This document shows positions 11,092-24,252 of a stretch of 47,079 nucleotides of DNA, in pieces. The translations under genes and the position numbers were made by a program. Source of the DNA: Histomonas meleagridis 2922-C6/04-290x. Its lineage: Eukaryota; Protista; Parabasalia. Position 1 is the stretch's first letter; each line of letters begins with the position of its first letter. Below the pieces are notes generated by a model, which worked only from the letters and a program-made list of their open reading frames with translations, had not been told where the DNA came from and did not search any database. Location: the NCBI GenBank assembly GCA_020184695.1, contig JAANOX010000223.1, forward strand, positions 1 through 47,079. The letters are read 5' to 3'.

Positions 11092-14000
11092 ATGAGGAAA
11101 AATGTTGTATCACTTGTCTTTTCACAACCTAATAGAATGAAGAAAGCAAATAGAAGATCTAAGCCAACAGCATATTCACAAAAATATTCACTTGTAAATC
11201 GAAAACCTCCAAAAATTTCATCACCAAATTCAGCCATATCAAGGCCAAGCAATTCAAAAAATAAACAAAAACAAAATATATCTCCAAAACAAACAAATAC
11301 AGTTATAAATTGTTATCAAGACATTTCTTTTGACACTGTTTTTGATAAAATGGTAGAAAATCTTCAAATAATGCCTCTTAGTGAATGTTTTGAAAAATTA
11401 TTAGAAGAAATATTTAAAACGAAATATGTAATTTTTTGGGAAATTTCATCAACAGAAATATTTTCAGCAACGCACAAGAAAAAAATTCCAAAAGATGACT
11501 CTATATTATGGCGAGTATCCGAGCTTAAAGAATTTCTTTTTATAAAGAATATAGAAAGCGAAGAAGCATTTAATCACACAGAAGCTGATACATTTTTTAT
11601 TCCAAAGAATTATTCAATACTTTACATACCCGTTTTATATGATTCCAAAGAAAACCAATTTATTTTTCAAATTGGTAAACCAGAAGAAGACTTTGTTGAA
11701 GAAGATTTCCAAAACTTAGATAAATTTTTAGCTAAGATTTCAATATATGGTGATTTTCTATTTCAACGTAAATCATTATTACAAATTTCATCGGAATTAG
11801 TTAATCCACATCAAAGTTCCAATTTTTTTTGTAATAAACTTATTGAATATTTTCATTCACGTTCAGCCGAATTTTATTGTTATAGACCGAAAACTAATCA
11901 AATCTTTCAAATCACTAAAGATTCGACAACAAATTCAGGCGAAATATTATCAACAGATAAAATTGGGTTTATATCATATTCATTTAAAACGCAAAAAATT
12001 ATAAATGAAGAACATATTTCTAATGTTCCATCATATAACAAAGAAGTTGATGGTGAAGAAGATGAATCAATCTTAGCAATACCATATAAAGATGAAAGTG
12101 AACAATTATGGTGTTTTGTATTGCGAAGAAAAAAACGATTTTCATACATGAGTGAAATAATATTTTCAGTTTTTATACCATTCATAGTTCGAACGATTAC
12201 ATTTGTAGTATCACCACCACAACTTGAAATGCAACTTGATAATTTTGAGAAAAGACTTAAAGCATTACTTGAAGTTGCCGAAATTTTAAAGTGGTGTACT
12301 TGATATTGATGTACTTTTTACCTACTATTATGGATCGAGCATGTAAATTATTAGATGCAGAACGTTGTTCATTATTTTTAGTCGATGCAACACATAATGA
12401 ATTAGTTACACGTTTTCATGGCGGATTAGAAAAATGCGATTCATGTTAAAAATAGGAAGAGGTATTGTTGGTATATGTGCACAATCAGGTGAAACAGTTA
12501 ATATTCGTGATGCTTATGCAGATCAACGATTCGATCGATCAGTCGATATAGCAACAGGCTTTATGACACGTACATTATTATGTATACCGATTTATAATAA
12601 CAGAGGTGAAATTACAGGTGTTACCGAAATGATTAATAAGAAGAATGACGGACATTTTGATGAAGATGATGAGAAAATGCTTATGGCGTTTAATGTATTT
12701 TGTGGTATTTCACTTGATAATGCACGATTATATAAAGCATCATTAGATTTAACAAAACAATTACGTACATTTATCCAAATGTCAGTAGCTATAAATAGTA
12801 CAATTTCACTCGAAAATACACTCGATGGGATTATGATGAATATCCAAAGTATAGTTAATGCTTCAAGAGTTACTGTGTTTTTAAATAATGAAAACGAAAA
12901 TAATTTATATGAATATCATACTATAGGTACACCTTCAACTTATGGTACTGTTTTTGCTGAAGAAACAGTACAAAATAGAAAATTCATGTTATTTGATCAT
13001 CATGAAGTTTTAGGGAGAGCACAAACACAACAATTAAATAAGGCAATTGAAAAAATATTAGCTGCAGGATTAGATGCAGATATAATGGTCTTTGGTGATG
13101 AAGATGGATATTATATTGAAGAAGAAGAGGAAGAAGAATATTTACAATATGAAGATGATGAATTTTCTCGTATTTATCCCGAAAGTTCTAAAATTAGTAC
13201 ACAACATTCACGAACAATGAATTCTAATAATAATAATAATAATAATACGTCATCACATAACTCTACAAATGTATTTGATTCACAAGTTACAAATAAAATT
13301 AATGCGGACGAAAATACAGAAGTTATTTGTTGTATTCCTTTATTTAGTTCCGAATCTACAATTCTTGGCGTTATTGAGTTTTCTTGTAATTGGAAAGTTA
13401 TGGGCGAAGATATTAAATTACTTGATTGCTTTTCAGTATTCGCAAGTGTTTCTATTGAAAGATCACAACTTAAAGAAAAGAGCAAAGTTTGGCGAAATTG
13501 AAGTCGAATTAAAAAATTGGATAACAGAACGAGAACGAACTTTAACCAATAAAATTCCAAGTAAACTTATGATATCAATGGATAAACTTACTCAAGTTTT
13601 ATTGGTACAATTCGATGCGCCTGAATGGGATGGAATTGGATATGTTAAAGTATTGTTTTCGATTTTCGATATTTTCGATTTAATGAATCACTTTTAATAT
13701 TACAAATGAAAAATTATTTCGTTTTATATTTGAAATTAGAAATACATATCGTAAAGTTCCTTATCATAATTGGCGTCATGCAGTTGATGTCACACAATTT
13801 ACTACATTCCAAATACTTACAGGTGGTCTCGATACAGTTCTTACTAAATTTGAAATTCTCGGATTAATAGTTTCCGCTATATGTCATGACGCTGATCATG
13901 ATGGGTTTAATAATGCATTTAATATTAAAGCCGAAACGCCACTTGGGATTTTATTTAAGAACCAAAGTGTTTTAGAAACTCATCATTGTTCAGTAGCGAT

Positions 14001-14523
14001 TAATGTTATCTCTAAAGATGAATGTAATCTTTTTCATTCATTATCACCTGTTGAAAACAAAAACATGTGGTCATTAATCATCTCATTAATATTAGCAACT
14101 GATATGGCAAAGCATTTCGATATATTAAAAGAATTCGATAACATTTTCTCGGAAGGTAAATTTACTATGAATGATTCACATTGTAGAAATCTGTTGTTAC
14201 AATTAATTTTAAAGTGTAGCGACGTATCAAATGTTGCGCGACCGTTTCAATTGGCTGATAAATGGAGCGAAGTTCTTTGCGAAGAATTTTTTCGTCAAGG
14301 AGACTTGGAGAAAGCACGCGGAATGGAATATACGTCTGACCTAAATGATAGAGCGCACCTTGATAAGCCAAAAAGTCAAATTGGATTTTATACTTTCGTT
14401 TGTTTGCCTTTGTTTCAAGCAGTAGCTAAAGCTGTGCCGAAGCTTGAATGCAATGTTCAACAATTGAATTCAAATCTTGAAAAGTGGAAAGAAGCAAAGA
14501 AACAAGAAAATCAAAAAGAATAA
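11092..14523 (+). CDS. GAF-domain class I cyclic-nucleotide phosphodiesterase (~1141 aa), probably intact
   Basis: GAF (LDAERCSLFLVD, GRGIVG..A..GE.VNI.DAY.D.RFDR.VD..TGF.TR.LLC.PI) and PDEase_I motifs YHNWRHAVDV, CHDADHDGFNN, ILATDMAKHF, LKCSDVSN, EEFFRQGD, QIGF. Six +1 homopolymer insertions (~12287, 12316, 12432, 12447, 13486, 13693), judged against the R and M copies, restore a single frame. Confidence 0.85.
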
Positions 14524-14820
14524 ATGTATGAATAAAATGTTTCTATATATTAAATTTTTATTTTGATTTGATATAAGTTATTAGTATGTGAAGACAGCAT
14601 GCTGTCTATCCTTAATTAAACTTAAGTCTAGACTTGAATCATTTGAAATCATTTAGTAAAGTATTGATTTCACACGAATTTTGTGTTGCTCTAACTTCTT
14701 GAAATAATCAAGGACTTACATAAAAAATCAAACTATTGAAAATAACACGTAAAGGCATCTTTCTTTCGAAATATTTTTTAGGTCACAATTATTATTGCTT
14801 CTTTGAACAATATGATCTCG

Positions 14821-15837
14821 ATGAATATGAAATTCACATTCATGATGTTTATCATCTTTATTTCTCATTCAGTACAAAAATTTGATGACGCTACGGCAAC
14901 ACTAACAATTACAAAGTCAAGTGAATTTACAGACGAATACAAAAACAAAGCAAAGCATGTTATCATTTCAAGTGGAATAACAAATATTCCTAATAAAGCT
15001 TTTTATAATTGGCCTTTATTGAGTACTGTTGAAATTAGTAACTCAGTCAAAACAATTGGAGAAAAAGCATTTGGTTCTTGTTATGTTTTAGAAAAAGTTT
15101 CAGTTGGAGAAGGTATTACAGATCTAGGAAAATCTGCATTCCAAGATTGTAAAGCATTAAATCGTGTTACTTTTAAAGGTCCTCTTACAACAGTTGGATC
15201 AGAAGTATTCTATAGGTGCACTAGTCTTGAAACTGTAATTTTTGAAGAAGGTGTTCAGTCAATAGGTTACTTTATGTTTTATAAATGCTCTAATCTTCAA
15301 TATGTTACAATTCCAAGTACAGTTACTTCAATATCAATCAATCCATTTACTTACTGCAGTAAACTTCAAATGATAAACATTTCAGAAAACAATCAGCATT
15401 ATTTACAAGTTGATGGTGTTTTATTTGATAGGAGTTTGACAAAGATTATAAGTTACCCAACTGGAAAACCATCAAAAGAATATAAACTTCCTGATTCAGT
15501 AATTTCTATTGAAAAATGTGCATTTACAAATTGTATTAATTTATTATCAATTACATTAGGAACAAATGTGAATACTATAAAAAATTTTGCATTCTCTGAA
15601 TGCGCGTTTCCAAGATTAGTAATTCCTGACTCTGTTATAGAAATTAAAAAACAAGCTTTTTATGATTGCCATCAATTGGAAACAATAGTCATCGGTAAAA
15701 ATGTAAAAGATATTCAAACTCTTGCATTTGGTTATTGTAAAATACTGAAATGTATTTACTTTTTTGGTGAAACTTCTCCAAATATTGAAATGTATTCCTT
15801 TAGAAATGTTTTAGCGAAAATCTGTTATGGTAAGTAA
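14821..15837 (+). CDS. BspA-like LRR protein lacking stalk and TM (anchor-less allele, ~338 aa)
   Basis: Uninterrupted ORF from MNMKFTFMMFIIFISHS through TpLRR repeats, ending LAKICYGK*. The downstream remnant (to ~15969) joins FSHT directly to NDDN*. Confidence 0.8.
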   Translation: MNMKFTFMMFIIFISHSVQKFDDATATLTITKSSEFTDEYKNKAKHVIISSGITNIPNKAFYNWPLLSTVEISNSVKTIGEKAFGSCYVLEKVSVGEGITDLGKSAFQDCKALNRVTFKGPLTTVGSEVFYRCTSLETVIFEEGVQSIGYFMFYKCSNLQYVTIPSTVTSISINPFTYCSKLQMINISENNQHYLQVDGVLFDRSLTKIISYPTGKPSKEYKLPDSVISIEKCAFTNCINLLSITLGTNVNTIKNFAFSECAFPRLVIPDSVIEIKKQAFYDCHQLETIVIGKNVKDIQTLAFGYCKILKCIYFFGETSPNIEMYSFRNVLAKICYGK

Positions 15838-16371
15838 AAGATAGAGAGATAAAACATTTGGAGAATTAAAAGTAACAAAAGATACAATCGAAGGATGTAC
15901 TTTGAATCCAACACCAACATTTACACCAAATGAAACAAATTCATTTTCACATACAAATGATGATAATTAAGTAATCCTCTCAAAAAAATTTGATTAAGAT
16001 AATTTTGTTGTTCACCCATGATCAAAAATTTTATTGAATAAAACATCAAAATTATCCCTAACCTTTGCATTTTATTTTATTGATTATTATTATTATTATT
16101 ATTATTTGAAATGTTCTAAATTGAATTAAATCACTTTTAATCACCAAAACCTTTCTTAATTTTCTTCTGATTACTCTCTGATAATTTTAATCTTCATTTC
16201 GGATATTAAATATTCCTTGTATAACTAGCTTTCAATGTTATAATTTTTTTATCTATTTTATTTTTCGAAATATTAGTGTGAATTATATTTTGTATCAGTG
16301 AATAAAATAAATTAAATGAATTTTTTATAAGCTTTTGATATGATATATGCTAATACCAGGATTATAAATAA

Positions 16372-16645
16372 TATATTATTACTATTATATATATTATTAC
16401 TATTATATATATTATTACTATTATATATATTATTACGATTATATATATTATTACGATTATATATATTATTACGATTATATATATTATTACGATTATATAT
16501 ATTATTACGATTATATATATTATTACGATTATATATATTATTACGATTATATATATTATTACGATTATATATATTATTACGATTATATATATTATTACGA
16601 TTATATATATTATTACGATTATATATATTATTACGATTATATATT
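16372..16645. repeat. 18-bp AT-rich minisatellite, ~15 copies (ATTATATATATTATTAC[T/G])
   Basis: 3 ACT-type units followed by 12 ACG-type units; source of the spurious NIYNRN, LLRLYI and IIVIIY ORFs. Confidence 0.95.
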
Positions 16646-16799
16646 GTGTTGCAATAGATGATACTGAATACACCAATAGATTTCATTATCCCTTTTTACC
16701 CTTTTATGTATATGATGAGAATAACAAAAAAATAATTTTAAAAAACCATCGAGTTTTAACTTCCTTTAATATCTGATAATTATGAATTTTTTATTTTTG

Positions 16800-18385
16800 C
16801 CCAAAACTTTGGCAATGAAAAGGATTATATATGAAAAATATTTTTTAGAATAAATAGAAGTGTTGATTTGCATTAGAAAGTGAGAAACATAAAAATTATT
16901 ATTATTACATAGAAAAAAATATTAATATTGATAAATTGGAAAGCTTTCAGAGTTAAATTATCCATAATAATGAGGAAAATTGTTTGTTAAATTTTCACAT
17001 TTGGATGATTTCGTAATTTAGAGATATTGAAGAAAAATGATCAAAAAATACGTTACTTTTGGTTTAACGTACAAGGGTAATCTTTCTGTGCGTCAGGTTA
17101 ATATTCTATTTCATGGATGATAATACCAAAAAATGCGCCGCGTCACATGTACCACGAAGAGTTTTGATTTCATCAACATTTCTATATTCTTCTGCAATAA
17201 TCGATGGAATATCATAATTAATTTGTTGGATCTTGTTCTTTATTTATGATTAAACATATATAAAACATTGCTGTATTGATTTAATAAATATTGTAAAGTG
17301 TTTTATCCTTTCTGTTATAGTTAATGGTAAGAAGAAATCCGATCATGATACAATTAAAAATTCTCGAGCAAAAGAAATATTAAATTATATCAGAATTCAG
17401 TGGTAAAAAAAGAAATATTTACTGCATGTCAATTATTTAGAATGATCGATATAACAATACTTGAAAATTTAGCGAAAGGTTTATTAGAATGTTGGAAAAA
17501 GCCGAAAATAATATAACTGCGGAACTTTCTCTATTTTTAAAGTCGAAGTTTGTTTTAATGAAGAAAAATTATTATTACTCCATCATTAATAGAGTTATTA
17601 AATTTAACTCGATGTTCGTTTAATGAAACAATTTTTCATGTAAAAAATTTATCACGAATTATACAAAGCCAACAATTAAGGAATCAACACCAAGAAAATA
17701 TAAATGACTTAAATGATTTATTTGAAAATGGACCAAATTTCAATCAAATGGTTTCATCAAATATTTTATTCGATAGTATTAAATATCATGTTTTAAATAC
17801 AATTGAAATATCTTATAAAGATGCAGAAGCTTTAGCTCAACAATATAATGAATATTATCCAATATATCACGTTGGACAAATTTGGGATCCAAATTCTTAT
17901 TTATTTGAAAGAGGTGGAAATACAAAAATTATTAAATTATTTGAAAATGATGAAAATTTGGATGAAATAGAATTCGATTCACAAAAAGATCTAATTTTTG
18001 ATTTTAATAAAGTAAAAAATGATATAAAACAATTTAAAAAAGATATAGAAACTTTAACACGATTTAGAGTTTGTGCTGATAGAGGTTCACTTTATATTGA
18101 TTCAAGAAAACTTCAAAAGAATTTAGTACAAATTCCAAATAAATGTTTAAATGATTTATTTGATTTAATTAATGAATTAACATCATATAAAATAAATATA
18201 TTACAAATGATTTTTAATGACTGTTTTAAAAAATTTGAAAACGATTCAAATGATCTTGATAATTATATCGATTTTTGTAATTTTATTGATAATACATCTT
18301 ATTTAACACCTTTAACTTCTCTTGAAATTGATTTTATTGGTGATGCAATTAAAGTAATGAAAGAATTTGATAAGGATTTTTACCA
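16800..18385 (+). pseudogene. Degenerate axonemal dynein heavy-chain tail-like fragment
   Basis: ORF 17748-18404 (GSLYIDSRKLQKNLVQIPNKCLNDL...LDNYIDFCNFID) and upstream LFRMIDITILENL resemble the N-terminal tail of inner-arm dyneins, from recalled similarity only. No motor domain; many stops upstream. Confidence 0.4.
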
Positions 18386-18434
18386 CCGATGCGACCGTTT
18401 ATGACGACCGTTATGCCAATACCCTGTGTCTAAT

Positions 18435-18930
18435 CTCTGTTTCACCATAAAAATAAATGCATTTGAGTGAAGTACAAAAATTAAAGGCAGAACTACCAAT
18501 ACTTTTTACATTTGCTCCAATGAAAATCGTGCTTAATTTTTCACATATGGAAAAAGCACCTATTCCAATTTCTACAACAGAGTTAGGAATTGTTATGTTT
18601 GTAAATAAACATTCAGAAAATGCATAATTTTTTATAATTTTTACACTTCTTCCTAATGAAATTGATAATAACTTTATACACAATTCAAACGCACTTTCTT
18701 CTATTGATATAACTGAATCTGGAACTTTAAACTCTTTAGATGAATTTCCATATGGATAACTTATGAGTTTTGTAATACTCTTATCATATAAAACTCCATC
18801 ACGTTCTGTGTAATATGGATTTTCTTTGGAAATATTTATAATTTGAAGATTGTCACAATCAACAAATGGATTTGATGATATCAAAGAAACTGTTTTTGAA
18901 ATTGAAACATATAAGATCCAATTGTTTTCA
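18435..18930 (-). pseudogene. Internal BspA fragment, near-identical to the gene at 1-1150
   Basis: 18695-18910 is a direct near-copy of 1-~215; ORF 18411-18884 encodes TpLRR repeats without a signal peptide or TM. Confidence 0.8.
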
Positions 18931-19128
18931 CACTTTCATTTAATTGAGTTGATTGATTTTTATGGTCTGACATTGAATAGATAAAAAAATTATAACATTG
19001 AAAGCTAGTTATACAAGGAATATTTAATATCCGAAATGAAGATTAAAATTATCAGAGAGTAATCAGAAGAAAATTAAGAAATGTTTTGGTGATTAAAAGT
19101 GATTTAATTCAATTTAGAATATTTTTAA

Positions 19129-20272
<1,144 letters not shown>

Positions 20273-20377
20273 ATAAAATGCAAAGGTTAGGGATAATTTT
20301 GATGTTTTATTCAATAAAATTTTTGATCATGGGTGAACAACAAAATTATCTTAATCAAATTTTTTTGAGAGGATTAC

Positions 20378-21428
20378 TTAATTATCATCATTTGTATGTG
20401 AAAATGAATTTGTTTCATTTGGTGTAAATGTTGGTGTTGGATTCAAAGTACATCCTTCGATTGTATCTTTGGTTATTTTTAATTCTCCAAATGTTTTATC
20501 TCTATATGTTTTACTTACCATAACAGATTTTCGCTAAAACATTTCTAAAAGGAATACATTTCAATATTTGGAGAAGTTTCACCAAAAAGTAAATACATTT
20601 CAGTATTTTACAATAACCAAATGCAAGAGTCGAATATCTTTTTACATTTTTTTACCGATGACTATTGTTTCCAATTGATGGCAATCATAAAAAGCTTGTT
20701 TCAATTTTCTATAACAGAGTCAGGAATTACTAATCTTGGAAACGCGCATTCAGAGAATGCAAAATTTTTTATAGTATTCACATTTGTTCCTAATGTAATT
20801 GATAATAAATTAATACAATTTGTAAATACACATTTTTTAATAGAAATTACTGAATCAGGAAGTTAATATTCTTTTGATGGTTTTCCAGTTGAGTAACTTA
20901 TAATCTTTGTCAAACTTCTATCAAATAAAACACCATCAACTTGTAAATAATGTTGATTGTTTTTCTGAAATGTTTATCATTTGAAGTTTACTGCAGTAAG
21001 TAAATGGATTGATTGATATTGAAGTAACTGTACTTGGAATTGTAACATATTGAAGATTAGAGCATTTATAAAACATAAAGTAACCTATTGACTGAACACC
21101 TTCTTCAAAAATTACAGTTTCAAGACCAGTGCACATATAGAATACTTCTGATCCAACTGTTGTAAGAGGACCTTTAAAAGTAACACGATTTAATGCTTTA
21201 CAATATTGGAATGCAGATTCTCCTAGATCTGTAATACCTTCTCCAACTGAAACTTTTTCTAAAACATAACAAGAATCAAATGCTTTTTCTCCAATTGTTT
21301 TGACTGAGTTACTAATTTCAACAGTAATCAATAAAGGCCAATTATAAAAAGCTTTATTAGGAATATTTGTTATTCCACTTGAAATGATAACATGCTTTGC
21401 TTTGTTTTTGTATTCGTTTGTAAAATCT
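20378..21428 (-). pseudogene. BspA, M copy (no signal peptide, anchor-less 3' end)
   Basis: DFTNEYKNKAKHV...TpLRR repeats with frameshifts. Shares the GCGAAAATCT frameshift and the FSHT/NDDN deletion junction with L. Confidence 0.8.
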
Positions 21429-23135
21429 TGCTTCTTTCCACTTTTCAAGATTTGAATTCAATTGTTGAACATTGCATTCAAGTTTCGGCACAGCTTTAGC
21501 TACTGCTTGAAACAAAGGCAAACAAACGAACGTATAAAATCCAATTTGACTTTTTGGCTTATCAAGGTGCGCTCTATCATTTAGGTCAGACGTATATTCC
21601 ATTCCGCGTGCTTTCTCCAAGTCTCCTTGACGAAAAAATTCTTCGCAAAGAACTTCGCTCCATTTATCAGCCAATTGGAACGGTCGCGCAACATTTGATA
21701 CGTCGCTACACTTTAAAATTAATTGTAAAAAAACAGATTTCTACAATGTGAATCATTCATAGTAAATTTACCTTCCGAGAAAAATGTTATCGAATTCTTT
21801 TTAATATATCGAAATGCTTTGCCATATCAGTTGCTAATATTAATGAGATGATTAATGACCACATGTTTTTTTGTTTTCAACAGGTGATAATGAATTAAAG
21901 AGTTTACATTCATCTTTAGAGATAACATTAATCGCTACTGAACAATGATGAGTTTCTAAAACACTTTGGTTCTTAAATAAAATCCCAAGTGGCGTTTCGG
22001 CTTTAATATTAAATGCATTATTAAACCCATCATGATCAGCGTCATGACATATAGCAGAAACTATTAATCCGAGAATTTCAAATTTAGTAAGAACTGTATC
22101 GAGACCACCTGTAAGTATTTGGAATGTAGTAAATTGTGTGACATCAACTGCATGACGCCAATTATGATAAGGAACTTTACGATATGTATTTCTAATTTCA
22201 AATATAAAACGAAATAATTTTTCATTTGTAATATTAAAGTGATTCATTAAATCGAAAATATCGAAAATCGAAAACAATACTTTAACATGTCCAATTCCAT
22301 CCCATTCAGGCGCATCGAATTGTACCAATAAAACTTGAGTAAGTTTATCCATTGATATCATAAGTTTACTTGGAATTTTATTGGTTAAAGTTCGTTCTCG
22401 TTCTGTTATCCAATTTCTTAATTCGACTTCAATTTCGCCAAACTTTGCTCTTTCTTTAAGTTGTGATCTTTCAATAGACACACTTGCGAATACTGAAAAA
22501 GCAATCAAAGTAATTTAATATCTTCGCCCATAACTTTCCAATTACAAGAAAACTCAATAACGCCAAGAATTGTAGATTCGGAACTAAATAAAGGAATACA
22601 ACAAATAACTTCTGTATTTTCGTCCGCATTAATTTTATTTGTAACTTGTGAATCAAATACATTTGTAGAGTTATGTGATGACGTATTATTATTATTATTA
22701 TTATTATTAGAATTCATTGTTCGTGAATGTTGTGTACTAATTTTAGAACTTTCGGGATAAATACGAGAAAATTCATCATCTTCATATTGTAAATATTCTT
22801 CTTCTTCTTCTTCTTCAATATAATATCCATCTTCATCACCAAAGACCATTATATCTGCATCTAATCCTGCAGCTAATATTTTTTCAATTGCCTTATTTAA
22901 TTGTTGTGTTTGTGCTCTCCCTAAAACTTCATGATGATCAAATAACATGAATTTTTCTATTTTTGTACTGTTTCTTCAGCAAAAACAGTACCATAAGTTG
23001 AAGGTGTACCTATAGTATGATATTCATATAAATTATTTTCGTTTTCATTATTTAAAAACACAGTAACTCTTGAAGCATTAACTATACTTTGGATATTCAT
23101 CATAATCCCATCGAGTGTATTTTCGAGTGAAATTG
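21429..23135 (-). pseudogene. 5'-truncated PDE (second GAF region plus catalytic domain), M copy
   Basis: YHNWRH, CHDADH and EEFFRQGD present; begins at ISLENT; last 8 codons lost at the BspA junction. Confidence 0.85.
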
Positions 23136-24057
23136 AGTCGATAACCGTCCAAAAGTGTGTATGTTTAAAGTATAAAATTAGACTTCCCGACCCCACCATC
23201 AGCTCGCTCCTCTCGCTACAAAAATCATGATGATTTTTGTATAATTATTCAATTTACTCAATAATTTGGTTACCTACTCGAAATTTAAGGGACGCGATAC
23301 TTTTTGATTGAGACGATAGCACTTTTTAGACCACTTTCCACATAAACCTATCAAAAACCTCGTATAACCAGCACGAATTGTCCCCGGTTATGTTTGGCCG
23401 GACATTTATCTGATTTAGTTGCAAACTATATCTCGGCGCATTTAATTATTTGATTATTTAATTTGCGCCAAATTTTAAATAGTAAATAAATATCATAAAT
23501 GTTCACTTCATTTTTATCATGAATGGTCATATTTATTCCATTGCTCAAATTGCTGACAATATCAAAAATAAAAATTCAGATGCTATTGTTGTTGCAATAT
23601 TCTTTGATCCTAAACATAATAAAACGGGAAATTACAACAATTTTATTATCCATCCGATTGGAATGATAATAAAACATAATAATTTCTCCGATTTTTATTT
23701 TGTTCACTAAGAAATAATAGAATTCTTTGATAATCCAATTGGGATTTCAATCCCAATTACTGAAAATAAGAAACCACCTCTAAATGAAAATGTTCATTAT
23801 ATAGGAATAGTTTAGAGTCAATTGGAATGTAAATTTGGACGATGGTATGAATCAAATATCTATGAGTCATGTAATGATGAAATTATTCGTACATTATTAG
23901 ATAATGTAATCGTTAATAGACATCATAAAACTCAACAATCTGCTTTTGATTTAAAGCAAGACCATTTCCAAGAGTGCCTAAAATAAAAAAATGATTTTAA
24001 TTTTTTTTTTATTTATTTTGACTCCATAAGAAACTAGAAGGTGATGAACATATTTTG

Positions 24058-24252
24058 CTATTTTGTTTTTTTCAATTTGATAATTTGGTGGTTTTTTTCA
24101 TAATAAATCGCATCACTAAAAGTTAAATGCGGTTTTTTGCTAGGTTCAACCTCATAACAAGTGTTGATAACTTTCGTATTATCAGACATTAATAAAAACG
24201 AAGTGTCAGATATAAATATCATAAAGTATGGACCAAAGGGACCCAGATGTTC
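24058..24252 (-). pseudogene. 3' fragment of an unidentified gene whose upstream end is the hairpin
   Basis: LGPFGPYFMIFISDTSFLLM...KLKKTK* is protein-like, but the ORF start lies inside the palindrome. Confidence 0.3.

Larger units (their letters stand above)
4115..16258 (+). repeat. Left arm (L) of a large inverted segmental duplication
   Basis: Reverse complement of 28160-42040 in gene order and near-identical sequence. Outer breakpoint: CGAAATTTTATTGAGATTAT at 4115 pairs with 42021-42040. Inner similarity to copy M ends near 16258. Confidence 0.95.

Noticed and set aside
12280-13700. Repeated +1 frameshifts in the L PDE as programmed frameshifting or true pseudogenisation
   Set aside because: All are homopolymer length differences absent from the other copies, typical of long-read consensus error.
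15829-15843. GTAAGT...AG as an intron rescuing the L BspA frame
   Set aside because: Only ~15 nt, no branch motif, and the same bases are coding (VS) in the R allele.
16312-16686. Three overlapping repetitive ORFs, and the array as a possible CRISPR
   Set aside because: Products of the 18-bp minisatellite; units are contiguous with no unique spacers.
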